In this document: positions 1 through 9,581 of the stretch, piece after piece
Layout: the number at the start of each line of letters is the position of its first letter
Position numbering within the stretch: position 1 is the stretch's first letter
NCBI GenBank assembly: GCA_044222185.1
Contig: JBGANV010000003.1
Span: 352,001 to 416,000 of the forward strand
Direction: 5' to 3'
Length of the DNA stretch: 64,000 bases
Source: Planctomycetota bacterium
GTDB taxonomy: Bacteria > Planctomycetota > GCA-002687715 > CAIWVZ01
Notes under the pieces: generated by a model
Databases searched by the model: none
The model's input: the letters and a program-made list of their open reading frames with translations, nothing else
Told to the model about the DNA's origin: nothing
Position numbers and translations under genes: made by a program

Positions 1-313
1 ACATCGTGTTGTGGTTCGGTGACGCCAGCGTCGACATCGCGACGGTCGCGTTGGGGAACGTCCCGCCGACGAAGGCGGCCCCGGTCGACCGGCGGAATTC
101 GATCTGCGTGATCGTGACGGGGCACTGATGCGTCATCTGCGTCCAGTCGTATGCGAACTGCCAGAGCTGCGCGGCTGCCGTGTTGAACGGAAGGCTCGTG
201 GCGTAGTTCCCGTCGAGCGTGTCGTAGCCCTTCGGCAAGGTCGCGGTGAATTGCGCCTGAGCGGCGACGGAAAGTGCAACCGCAAACAGCGCGGCATGTG
301 TCATGGATTTCAT
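1..313 (-). CDS. Secreted hypothetical protein, 5' part (runs off window start)
   Basis: Read manually on the minus strand: AGGAG RBS (322-326), then ATG at 313. Translates MKSMTHAALFAVALSVAAQAQFTATLPKGYDTLDGNY... with a signal peptide (AQA) and stays open to position 1. Confidence 0.8.
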   Translation of the reverse strand, partial: MKSMTHAALFAVALSVAAQAQFTATLPKGYDTLDGNYATSLPFNTAAAQLWQFAYDWTQMTHQCPVTITQIEFRRSTGAAFVGGTFPNATVAMSTLASPNHNTM

Positions 314-338
314 GGTTGTTTCTCCTGTCAGTCGTCGC

Positions 339-1733
339 TCAGAAGCGGACGCGAGCCACCGGCGAGTAGTTGATCAACAGCGACGCCCCGTCCAGGTAGA
401 CGACGACGGCATCCATCGAGACGCCAGCCAGTGCCGACGCGCTGCCGCTCGGGAGGATGAAGGGAGCATCCGGGTAGAGGCCCGGAATGCCGACGTTCAG
501 GAAGTGGAACGGGCTGCCCGCCGCGGCCGGCGTGTTCGCGAACGAGAACGTCGTCAGATCCGGGTACAGGCCGAGGAACCAGCCCGCGCCTGCGAGCGCG
601 TTCGTGTCGAACGAGAACAGCGTATAGCCGTGGATCCAGCCCGTCGGCGGGATCGGTGCGGCGAGATACACGTCACCACCGCCGCACGTCGCGAACGTGA
701 ATCCGGCTGCCCCGACGCTGATGTAGTTGATGTAGGTTCGCGTCGATTGCGTTGCGCCGTCGGAGACGGTGAGACTCACGGTGTAGCTGCCGGGAGCCTG
801 GTACGGATGGCAGGGGTGCTGCGTCGTGTCGTCGACGAGCGTGTCGCCGTCGAAGTCCCAGGCCCATTGCGTGATGCCCGCGGGGCTGGGTGTCGTCGAC
901 TGATCGGTGAATTTCACCAGGAGCGGCGCGCTCCCCGAGAGCCGACTCGCGGTGAAGTTCGCCTGTGCCTGGGGCGGCGCGAGCTCGGTGTTCATGCCCG
1001 CTTGGATCTGGGCCTGGGAACGCGCTTCGCTCCAGAAGCGGAACTCGTCGATCGATCCGTTGAACGGGTCGCCAGCACCGACGACGCCGCCGAGCATGAA
1101 GTTCGTTCCGATGGCACCGGGCGCGGCCGCCTGCTGCTGATCGAGGTTGCCGTCCACGTAGCCCGTGATCGTGCTCGCCGCGGCGTCGAAGACCAACGCC
1201 AGGTGATGCCAGTTCTGATCGCAGACGTTTGCGAGCGGCGCCGTCGCTGAACCGGAGGTGGCCGAGGCACAGGCGCCACAGAGGTTGCCCGTGTTGCCGC
1301 CGAGGTAATGGGCTCCGGGACCGTACCACCCGATGTAGCAGCGGAACGTCGCCGTGGAGTAGTCACCGAAGAGGCGACCAAGCTGCCCGCCGGTGTAGGT
1401 GAAGTTCGTCTTCATCCAGCACTCGATGGTGTAGCTCTGGCTCAAGTTCGTGGGGCCGTTGCTCAGGAGGCGCTGCCCGCCGACTCCGCCTGGATTCCAG
1501 GCGCCGGTCCCGAGACGCGGCGTCGCCGTGTTCCAGTTCACGGGGATGATGGCCGACTCGAAGCTCGGCGCGGCCGGATTGCCACCGCCCTGGGGGATGG
1601 CGTAGTTGACGACCTGATTGCCCGCGCCCTCGTTGAACTTGTAGTAGTAGACGTCTGGATAGGTCAGCACGCCCTGTGCTGCTGCGACGCCTGCGAGAAC
1701 GAGCATGGCTGAAAGCACGTGTCTTCGTGACAT
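339..1733 (-). CDS. Secreted LamG/concanavalin-A-like plus PKD domain protein
   Basis: GAGGAG RBS before ATG 1733; signal peptide MSRRHVLSAMLVLAGVAAAQ. LamG motifs YYYKFNEG, YTIECW, WHHLALVFD, YVDG, FNGSIDEFRFW. PKD motifs APLLVKFTDQS, WAWDFDGD, YQAPGSYTVSLTV. Confidence 0.85.
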   Translation of the reverse strand: MSRRHVLSAMLVLAGVAAAQGVLTYPDVYYYKFNEGAGNQVVNYAIPQGGGNPAAPSFESAIIPVNWNTATPRLGTGAWNPGGVGGQRLLSNGPTNLSQSYTIECWMKTNFTYTGGQLGRLFGDYSTATFRCYIGWYGPGAHYLGGNTGNLCGACASATSGSATAPLANVCDQNWHHLALVFDAAASTITGYVDGNLDQQQAAAPGAIGTNFMLGGVVGAGDPFNGSIDEFRFWSEARSQAQIQAGMNTELAPPQAQANFTASRLSGSAPLLVKFTDQSTTPSPAGITQWAWDFDGDTLVDDTTQHPCHPYQAPGSYTVSLTVSDGATQSTRTYINYISVGAAGFTFATCGGGDVYLAAPIPPTGWIHGYTLFSFDTNALAGAGWFLGLYPDLTTFSFANTPAAAGSPFHFLNVGIPGLYPDAPFILPSGSASALAGVSMDAVVVYLDGASLLINYSPVARVRF

Positions 1734-1940
1734 GCGAAACTCCTCATCAGAATCGACGGCGGAAACGCGGGCGTCCGGAAACGGCCCTTCCAGAGGGGCG
1801 CAACGGCGCGAATGGCGCGTTCGGCGGCTCCCCACGACGAAGCCGGGGAAGCCGAGCGGCGATCATACAGAGGGGCGCGAACCGTGGACAGTGCGAGGAT
1901 GCCCGCCGGCGTCGACCCCGGGGCTGAGCGTTCCCGTGCC

Positions 1941-3935
1941 TCAGTAGTCCTTTCGAAGTCGAGTCCCACCCACGATTTCGACGGATTCGAAGGGCGGTTC
2001 GCCGCCCCCGGGCAGCAGCACCAGCTGGCCCTCGCGGCGAAGCAGGCGAACCCGCCATCTGCCCGGCCGAAGACCCCGCAGAAGGTAGGTTCCCGTCGCG
2101 TCGGTGGCGGCCTGCGCGATCGGGGGCTGATCCTCACTCGAGTCGAAGACGGCAAACACGGTCGCCGCCGTGTCGAAGGTCCCGTCCTTCGCCTGCACGC
2201 GGCCGAACATCGCGCCAGCCCGTTGCAGAACGATCGTGGGCACCTCGTACGAGGCGATGACACCCGTCGAGAACTCCGTCGTCGCGAGACTCACGTGATC
2301 AGGATGCTCGACCTCGACCCTCACGTTGCCCGGTGACGTCAGAAGCTCGAACCGCCCGTCGTCGTCGGTGCGCTCCGTTTCCGCTGATCCCGACCGCGGC
2401 ACCACGCGAAGGTCTTTCGGGCCGGACGGATCCCGACGGTGAACGAGGACGGTCGCATCGGGAACGGGCCGCCCCTGGTCATCCAGAACGCGGCCGACGA
2501 GGAGCATCCCCGTCGGGACGGAGATCTCGATGTCGGAACGCAGCTCGCCACGTCCCACGTCGAAGGGCCCCGCCGCGAACAACGGATGCCCATCCGTGGA
2601 CACGACGATGAAATGACGGCCAGGACGAACGTTCGCGAAGTGGAACGTGCCGTCCGCGGACGACACGTAAAGGCGACTCAACGGAACGCCCAGGTTCGTG
2701 TCGGGCGATGCCGACAGCCACGCGGTGTACGCGGTGATCGGTTTTCCAGTGGCCTTTTCCAGAACGCGGCCGGCCAGTCCGGCCTGTCGCGGCATGCGGA
2801 TCACCACCATTTCCGTGGGCGGCGAGCCCGAGCCTTCCCGGGCGACGTGCGCCGACGCGATCGCCGAGCGTGCACCGTCCTCGACGCGCGCGACGAGCCT
2901 GTACAACCCGGGCCGGAGGTGGTCGAAGCGGAACGTCCCGTCGCTTCGCGTCTCCACCGTCAGGGTCGGCAGGTCGGGGTCGACGCTCTCGCCGTCGGAT
3001 TCGAGTTGCACGACGTCCAGGTCGACCATGGCGCCCCCGACGCCTTCGTCGCTCCCCTCGCGCTTCACGGTGCCTTCGAGCGGTGAGCCTGAGAACAACT
3101 CGATGCCGATGGGGCCCGCTTCGCCCCGCGCTGGAATCTCGACGATGGCGCGTCCGCCGGGCGCCAGGTCGGCGGCGATCGCTCGCACGGTCTTCCGTCC
3201 CGCCGCGAGATGATCGATCACGAACGTTCCGTCCACCGCGGTCGTCGCCGAGCCTTCGGCAACGAGGTGGAAGCTCCTCGAAACACCGGCGTAGACGGCG
3301 ACACGCGCTCCGGCGACCGGCGATCCGCCGAACGTCACCGTGCCTCGCAGCTTCGCGCCGCCATCGAGTCGAACGTCACGGACGAGCGCGACCTCGTCGC
3401 AGGGCTCGATCCCGCCGACGTCTCGCGGAGCGAAACCTGCGGCGCGCGCGGCCAACAGGAAGCGCGCGTGGCGCGGGAACCCCTCGATGAAGTACCGGCC
3501 GGCGGCGTCGCTGTTCGCCCGGCCGGCGATCGGGCCCGGCAGCGGTGTCAACGGCGTCGATCCCAGGTCGACGTGCAGCGTCAGCTCGACATCCGCGAGC
3601 GGCTTCCCGTCTGCATCCTGAACCTGCCCGGAGAGCGTTGGCGGCGGAAGGAGGTCGCGCCGGACCCGCGGCGCCCTCGGGACCTTCCTGGGCTCCGTGC
3701 GCCGCGCAGCGTTGGCGTCCGCGTCCGGCCCGCTTACACCGTGCGACTCCGAACCGTCGGCTGCGCGCCCGACGGGGTCCGCGACATCGGGGCGGACCGT
3801 CGGCGACGTGGAGGACGGCCCGTCACGATCGCTCACGAGCGTCGTGACCCAGACGACGGCCGCTCCGACACAGAGCACGATGGCGACCGCACCGAGCGTC
3901 GAGGCGATGGAACGCATCACGGCAGAGGCTGGCAT
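1941..3935 (-). CDS. Membrane-anchored carboxypeptidase-regulatory-like domain repeat protein (paralog 4)
   Basis: N-terminal hydrophobic helix and Pro/Ala linker, then repeated G-x-V-x-D-x-x-G-x-P ... T-x-x-D-G-x-F ... L-x-PG-x-Y units. Confidence 0.85.
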   Translation of the reverse strand: MPASAVMRSIASTLGAVAIVLCVGAAVVWVTTLVSDRDGPSSTSPTVRPDVADPVGRAADGSESHGVSGPDADANAARRTEPRKVPRAPRVRRDLLPPPTLSGQVQDADGKPLADVELTLHVDLGSTPLTPLPGPIAGRANSDAAGRYFIEGFPRHARFLLAARAAGFAPRDVGGIEPCDEVALVRDVRLDGGAKLRGTVTFGGSPVAGARVAVYAGVSRSFHLVAEGSATTAVDGTFVIDHLAAGRKTVRAIAADLAPGGRAIVEIPARGEAGPIGIELFSGSPLEGTVKREGSDEGVGGAMVDLDVVQLESDGESVDPDLPTLTVETRSDGTFRFDHLRPGLYRLVARVEDGARSAIASAHVAREGSGSPPTEMVVIRMPRQAGLAGRVLEKATGKPITAYTAWLSASPDTNLGVPLSRLYVSSADGTFHFANVRPGRHFIVVSTDGHPLFAAGPFDVGRGELRSDIEISVPTGMLLVGRVLDDQGRPVPDATVLVHRRDPSGPKDLRVVPRSGSAETERTDDDGRFELLTSPGNVRVEVEHPDHVSLATTEFSTGVIASYEVPTIVLQRAGAMFGRVQAKDGTFDTAATVFAVFDSSEDQPPIAQAATDATGTYLLRGLRPGRWRVRLLRREGQLVLLPGGGEPPFESVEIVGGTRLRKDY

Positions 3936-3986
3936 CGGCGAGCCGACAACGCAATTCGCGGACCGGGGACGCCAGCGCCCGGGCGA

Positions 3987-5063
3987 TCAAAGGTCCAGGC
4001 TGGCGATCTGGCGGGCGGCGAGGGTCACCGTCGCCTCGGGCCTGGACTCGCGTCGCCCGCTCCCCCCGTCCGGAGTCTCACCCACCAATCGGGCTTCGAG
4101 CCGGAACTGGCCCGGTGGGAGATCCGGAAGGTCGTAGCTGCCGTCGTCACGCACGTTCCCCCAGTGACGCAGCAGCAGCGGCTCCGCGCGGCCGTCGTCT
4201 CCGAGCCGCGTTGCACAGACGCGGAAGCGTGCGCCGGGGGTCGACGCAGTCGACACGTGGCCGAGAACGCGGCCCGCCGGCTCCATCACGATGGGTGCGG
4301 CGAGCGACATGGTGGACGACGCCGGCTTGACGGTGAAGTGCCTGGTCACGACCGTCGCGAACCCGGGCGCGACTGCGATGACCGCGAACGTCCCCTCCGG
4401 TAGGTGCGGGAATCCGAAGCATCCGTTCGCATCGCACCGCAGGAATCGCCGCTGCGCCCGGGACTGCGCGAGACATTCGTCCCGCTCCGGCGTCGATTCA
4501 GCTCCCAGGCGCCTGGGCTCGATCGCAACGGAGACCCCGGCGACGGGAGTACCGCCCTGATCCACGACGCGTCCCATCACGAGGCAGCCGCGCTCGAGAT
4601 CGATGCGGAACTCCGCGACGCTTTCGTTCGCGCACAGCCTGACCCGACGCCCCAACGCAGGCGCGAAGCCCTCCGCGGTGACGACCGCCCACACCTCGCC
4701 TGGCGGGTTCTCGAACGCGAATTCGAACCGCCCGCTCGCCCGAGACTCGAACGTGCAGGACTCGATCAGCGAGAGTTCCCACTCATCGCGCTCGTGTGAC
4801 ACCGACACGGTGAACGCCGCGGGGGCGCCCGGCTCCGCGCTCTTCACGGAGCCCGAAAACCGGGCCGGGCCGCGCGCGGGCGGCGCTGGTGCAGGGCCGG
4901 TGCCGAGCGGCGGCGTGGTCGCGTCGGGTGGCGACGCAACGGACGCCGGGCGAGAGAGCCAGGCGTCCGCCGCAAGCACGACGGCCACCAGGAAAATGGC
5001 ACCGGAGGCGAGATGAAGCCGGTTGTAGCCAGCCGGAGTCTCGTCAGCAGGCCGGTCACTCAT
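3987..5063 (-). CDS. Membrane-anchored carboxypeptidase-regulatory-like domain protein (paralog 3, short)
   Basis: TM helix GAIFLVAVVLAA; repeat units GRVVDQGGTPVAGVSV, LPEGTFAVIAVAPGFA, DGSYDLPDLPPGQFRL. Confidence 0.8.
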   Translation of the reverse strand: MSDRPADETPAGYNRLHLASGAIFLVAVVLAADAWLSRPASVASPPDATTPPLGTGPAPAPPARGPARFSGSVKSAEPGAPAAFTVSVSHERDEWELSLIESCTFESRASGRFEFAFENPPGEVWAVVTAEGFAPALGRRVRLCANESVAEFRIDLERGCLVMGRVVDQGGTPVAGVSVAIEPRRLGAESTPERDECLAQSRAQRRFLRCDANGCFGFPHLPEGTFAVIAVAPGFATVVTRHFTVKPASSTMSLAAPIVMEPAGRVLGHVSTASTPGARFRVCATRLGDDGRAEPLLLRHWGNVRDDGSYDLPDLPPGQFRLEARLVGETPDGGSGRRESRPEATVTLAARQIASLDL

Positions 5064-5119
5064 GGGCGACGGCGGCCCGCGAGCCGCCGGACGTCAGGGA
5101 CGTGCGTGACGGCGCACAA

Positions 5120-7240
5120 TCAGAGGTCGACTTCCTTGACCTCGCCTTCGCCGAGCGTGAACACCGCGGACGACGAAGCACCATCCTTGGCTTGCTTGAG
5201 GATCGACGCGAGGTCGATCGTGCCGTTGCGCTGCGCGACCGTCACGCGATAGGTGCCGATCGAAAGCCCGGTGACCTCGAAATGCCCCTCGGCATCGGTG
5301 TACGCCGTGCGCTGGGAACCGAACCCGGCACCGTTCGTCGCCACCGGAGCCACCTGCACCATGGCCTTCGGATCGGGCTTTCCATCGGTGGAGACGCGGC
5401 CGCGAATCGTGCAGCCGCGCGAGAGCTGCAGGTCGGGCGCCGAGACCTCGCCGCCCTTCGACACGACGACGGGCGAGCTCGTCAGAGGTCCGAACGTCGG
5501 ATGGCGCACGGAGAGCGCGTACCGCCCTTCGAGCAGGTTCGGGATCGTGTAGTTGCCCTTGCTGTCGGTGCGGCCTTCCTTCATCTCGCGGCGCATGTTC
5601 GCCTTGATCAGGCTCAGGAAGGGATTGTCGGGCTGGCCTTCAGGCTGAGCACCTTCTGCAGTGACGATCGCGTCGGCGACGCCCTGGCCCTGATTGTCCA
5701 CGACGCGTCCTCGAATCGTCGCGCCCCGGTGGAGGCGGATCTCCACGTTCTCGCGACGCTCGCTCTGGTTCATCGTGATTTCCTCGCTCTTGCCGCCGGC
5801 GTATCCGGGGGCTTCGGCGAGGAGCCAGTACTTGCCAGGGCGGACGTCGATGTACTCGAACTTCCCGTCCGTGAATCGGGGAGCGCTGAACGATCGCTTC
5901 GTGTGGGGCGCGATGTAGGTGTCGTCGGGCGTCGTCGTGAATCCGATGGTGAATGCGAGCACGGGCCTCCCGGTCTCGTCGTCGACCACCCGGCCCAGCA
6001 CGCGGCCGTTGGACACGAGCTGGAAATTCACGCCGTCCGAGCCGGTCTCGGCAGTCTGCTGCGGAGCCTGCATGTACCCGCTCGCCGCGACGGAGACGAC
6101 GTAACTGCCGCACTCCAGTCCCGGGAACTCGAATCGGCCGTCGTCGCCCGTACGGACCGTCTCGCTGAGCATGGCGGGCGGGGCAACGGGCGCCGTGATC
6201 TTCACGGACGGATTGACAGCTTCCGCCTCCTCGCCGGCGGCGGCGCCGTCGTCGTCACCCTTGCCCTGCTGTGCACGGAGTTTCGCCCGCACTTCACGGG
6301 CCGCGAGCTTCGCCTGCTCGGGGTCGAGCTTGGGTCCGACGGCGAGCGGGCGAGCCGTGACGAGCGCGCCGCCGACGGCCGTGCCGGTCTCCTGCGACGT
6401 GATCAACCCGCCGAGCTTGCAGCCCTCGCCCATGATGATGTCGACGTGTTCGACGTTCTTGTTCGCTTCGACGTTGACCGTCTGGCGGCCGTTCGTCGCA
6501 AAGCCGACCTGGCGCGCCATCAGTTTCTTCACGCCGGGCTTCAGGTTCGAGACGACGTAGTTGCCGGTGGCATCCGACGTGGCGACCTTCTCGACCGCGC
6601 CGAGCGGATCCCAGGTGTTCGTGTTCAGGTCGTACGCCGTGATGGTGACACCGGCGAGTGGCGCACCGCTCGCCGTGTGGATCGTCCCCGAGATCGCTGC
6701 CCCCGTCGTCAGCGTGACCTTCAGGTTGCCGCTCTTGGGATCCTTCAGCTCGACCGGGAAGTAGCGCTCCATGGAGTATTCGGGGTGCGACACGCGGAGC
6801 ACGTAGCGCTCGGCCGTCGAGAGATCCTGGCGCGCGAAGAAGAAGAGGCCGTCACCCTTCGTCGTGCATTGGGCGCGGACGTCGTTCTCCTGGGGCTTGT
6901 TGATCAGTGCCGAGTTGTCGACCACGAGTTCGCAAAGGGCCGAGTCGACGGCGGCGCCGCTGCTGTTCTGGACGATGCCCATCACGCCTGAATCGATGTT
7001 CCCCATGTCCTCCTTGGCGTTGAACGTGGAGACCTTGACCGGGGCAGCGCCATCGGTCTTCGGAGCCGCCTTGTGGTCGACCTGCGGCAGCGTCGGTCGG
7101 TCCTGGAGCGGACCCGCCGTGTCAGCGCGCCCGGGCTTCACGGGGCCCGACCCGCCGTCGCCCGCGACGAGGAAGTACCCGACGCCGATCCCGGCGAGGG
7201 CGAGGAACGCAACGACCGCAATGACTCCGGTTCGGTTCAT
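5120..7240 (-). CDS. Membrane-anchored carboxypeptidase-regulatory-like domain repeat protein (paralog 2)
   Basis: Likely start MNRTGVIAVVAFLALAGIGVGYFLV (ATG 7240); about six repeat units, e.g. GRVVDDETGRPV, GRVVDNQGQGVADA, TDAEGHFEVTGL. Confidence 0.85.
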   Translation of the reverse strand: MNRTGVIAVVAFLALAGIGVGYFLVAGDGGSGPVKPGRADTAGPLQDRPTLPQVDHKAAPKTDGAAPVKVSTFNAKEDMGNIDSGVMGIVQNSSGAAVDSALCELVVDNSALINKPQENDVRAQCTTKGDGLFFFARQDLSTAERYVLRVSHPEYSMERYFPVELKDPKSGNLKVTLTTGAAISGTIHTASGAPLAGVTITAYDLNTNTWDPLGAVEKVATSDATGNYVVSNLKPGVKKLMARQVGFATNGRQTVNVEANKNVEHVDIIMGEGCKLGGLITSQETGTAVGGALVTARPLAVGPKLDPEQAKLAAREVRAKLRAQQGKGDDDGAAAGEEAEAVNPSVKITAPVAPPAMLSETVRTGDDGRFEFPGLECGSYVVSVAASGYMQAPQQTAETGSDGVNFQLVSNGRVLGRVVDDETGRPVLAFTIGFTTTPDDTYIAPHTKRSFSAPRFTDGKFEYIDVRPGKYWLLAEAPGYAGGKSEEITMNQSERRENVEIRLHRGATIRGRVVDNQGQGVADAIVTAEGAQPEGQPDNPFLSLIKANMRREMKEGRTDSKGNYTIPNLLEGRYALSVRHPTFGPLTSSPVVVSKGGEVSAPDLQLSRGCTIRGRVSTDGKPDPKAMVQVAPVATNGAGFGSQRTAYTDAEGHFEVTGLSIGTYRVTVAQRNGTIDLASILKQAKDGASSSAVFTLGEGEVKEVDL

Positions 7241-7430
7241 GTCTGGAGCTCGGATTGGATGCAAACGACCCGCAACGGCGCACGACCGTGCTCGGGGCGA
7301 CCTCTTCGACGTGAGACTGTATCGGCAAATTCCCAGAGGGCCGAGCGGCGCCATGGCCTGGGATGGAAATCTCCGCCGCGGGACGGGTTATCTGTCGAGC
7401 GAGGTGGCTGGCGGCGGCCGCGAACGCGCG

Positions 7431-9509
7431 TCAGAAGTCCGCGTCGACCGTCCCGCCCTCGACCACTTCGATGGACCTGGTGGCCCCGCTGGGCCGGTCG
7501 GGGTGGACGATGGGGCCCAGGTCGATGGTCCCCTCCTTCATGGTGACGCTCAGGCGGTAGGGCCCCGCTGGGAGAGATGCGAAGACGTAACCGCCGTCTG
7601 CGTCAGTGGTCGCGATCCGTTGGGGCTCGGCACGTCGCGCCGGGTCCATGGGGACCAGCTCCAACCGCGCCTTCGCGTCGGGTTCGCCGCTCTTCGTGCG
7701 GACCTTTCCCCGGATCTGACCGGCCGCGCGCATGAGGATGTCGGGGTGGCGAAACTCGGCGCCGGCGGCAATCGTGAACACCGGGGTGATCTCCGTCGCG
7801 AACGACGGGTGCGACGCCGTGAGGCGGAACTCCCCCGTCATCACGCCCGCGAGGCGGAACGTTCCATCGGCCGCCGACTTCGCAGTGAGGATTGCCTTGC
7901 GCGCCTGCCCCTGTGTCAGGCCGATGAACGGGTTGTCGGCCCGGGAGTCGGTCATGCCCACCTGGCTGACGGCCACTTCCGCATCCGCGACGGGTTTCCC
8001 CGACCGATCCACGAGCCGCCCGAGGACTGCAACGCCGCGGACGACGCGAACCTCCACGCGCTCGCGCCGCTCCCCTTCGGCGAGGGTGATCTCCGCGCTT
8101 CGACCTCCGGCCCAGCCCTTCGCCTGGACGAGCACCCAGTACCGCCCTGCGGGAAGGTCGACGAGTTCGAACGAACCTCCGATGGTGCTGGGGGGCGCGA
8201 AGATCCGGCGCGTCTCGGGCGGGATCAACGTGACCTTGGGGTTCGTCACCACGCCGATCTCGAAGTGCGTGAGGGGCCGACCCGTCTCGTCGTCGACGAC
8301 ACGCCCGGCGACGGAGCTGCTCGGCGACAACGCCAGGATCACGTCCGGCACCCCTGCATCGACGTTCCGCTCGACCTGCGGCGATCTGAAGCCCGGCGCC
8401 GACGCCGTCAGCAGGTAGGGCGCGGTCTCGACGCCCTCCACGAGGAAGTGGCCGGTCTCGTCGGTCCTCACCGACAACGGAAGGAACGCGCTCTTCTTGG
8501 GTTTCACGTCGGGCCCGGCTCCAGGCGTCCGATCGCGGGCTGCGGCCTGCGGGTCGCGCACCTTGGGCGCTGGACGCGCCGTCACGAGAGCGTTGGCGAT
8601 CGGCGTCCCCGTGGCCCCCGAGAGGACGACGCCGCCGATCGACGCGCCATCCTGGAAGATGAAGTCGACGAACTGAAGGGACTTGCCCTCCTGGAGCTCG
8701 AGCGCAGCGCGTCCCGTGACCGCGAGGCCGGGATAACGGGCGAGGATGCGCTTCGTCCCGGGCCGCAGACGGTTGAGGACGTAGCGGCCATCCCGATCGG
8801 TCATCGTCTCCGTCTCGAAAACTCCATCCGGCGCCGAGTCCGTGAACTCCGAGTAGTAAGCCGTCACCCGGACGCCGCCCAGGACCTGGCCGGTCTCCCG
8901 TTTCGCGACACCCGTGATCGAGAACCCCGGCTGCATGAGCGCCAGCAGCCGTCCCGCGCGCCGGCCGCGCGGATCGACGAACGGCAGCCGCTCCGGAGCG
9001 TAGTCGGGATGCGTGACGCGGATCACGTAGCGCTGGCCGGCGACGACGGTCGGCGGGCCGAAGTGGAATTCACCGTCGGCCCCCGTGATGAGAGTCTCGA
9101 CGGTCGGGCCTTCCTGCGTCTTCGCCGGGATCGTGCTCGTGTCGAGGATGAGCGCGCAGCGCGCTCCGGCGACGGGGCGTTCGTCGGGACCATGCACGTG
9201 ACCGCGCAACGTGAGCTCGGACTCCGGCTCCGCCACCACGGGCTCCGTCTCGGCGAACGGCTTCGGCACGAGCTCGCCACCGCCGGACGAGCCGCGCGTC
9301 GTCGAGCGCGTCGCCGTGCCAGCCTCGGTCAGGGCCGGAGGTGGAACCGGGTCGCGGCGTTGATGTTCGCCGTCGCCGCTCGTGAGCTTCAGAATCAGCG
9401 CGACGACGCCGACGAGAACGAGGAGAGCTCCGAATGCCGCGGCCTTCCCGCGCGAGGCTCCGGACGTGGCGGACGTCGCACGGCTCGGCTCTGGATCGGT
9501 TGATGTCAT
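7431..9509 (-). CDS. Membrane-anchored carboxypeptidase-regulatory-like domain repeat protein (paralog 1)
   Basis: TM helix AFGALLVLVGVVALIL; repeat units colinear with paralog 2 (GRVVDDETGRPLTHFEIG vs GRVVDDETGRPVLAFTIG; DNPFIGL vs DNPFLSL). Confidence 0.85.
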   Translation of the reverse strand: MTSTDPEPSRATSATSGASRGKAAAFGALLVLVGVVALILKLTSGDGEHQRRDPVPPPALTEAGTATRSTTRGSSGGGELVPKPFAETEPVVAEPESELTLRGHVHGPDERPVAGARCALILDTSTIPAKTQEGPTVETLITGADGEFHFGPPTVVAGQRYVIRVTHPDYAPERLPFVDPRGRRAGRLLALMQPGFSITGVAKRETGQVLGGVRVTAYYSEFTDSAPDGVFETETMTDRDGRYVLNRLRPGTKRILARYPGLAVTGRAALELQEGKSLQFVDFIFQDGASIGGVVLSGATGTPIANALVTARPAPKVRDPQAAARDRTPGAGPDVKPKKSAFLPLSVRTDETGHFLVEGVETAPYLLTASAPGFRSPQVERNVDAGVPDVILALSPSSSVAGRVVDDETGRPLTHFEIGVVTNPKVTLIPPETRRIFAPPSTIGGSFELVDLPAGRYWVLVQAKGWAGGRSAEITLAEGERRERVEVRVVRGVAVLGRLVDRSGKPVADAEVAVSQVGMTDSRADNPFIGLTQGQARKAILTAKSAADGTFRLAGVMTGEFRLTASHPSFATEITPVFTIAAGAEFRHPDILMRAAGQIRGKVRTKSGEPDAKARLELVPMDPARRAEPQRIATTDADGGYVFASLPAGPYRLSVTMKEGTIDLGPIVHPDRPSGATRSIEVVEGGTVDADF

Positions 9510-9581
9510 GTGATGGCGGAGGTTGGACGACGGTTGGCGTTCAGGATTCCAAAGGTGCGCGTGAAGGTATTATCGGTCGCG

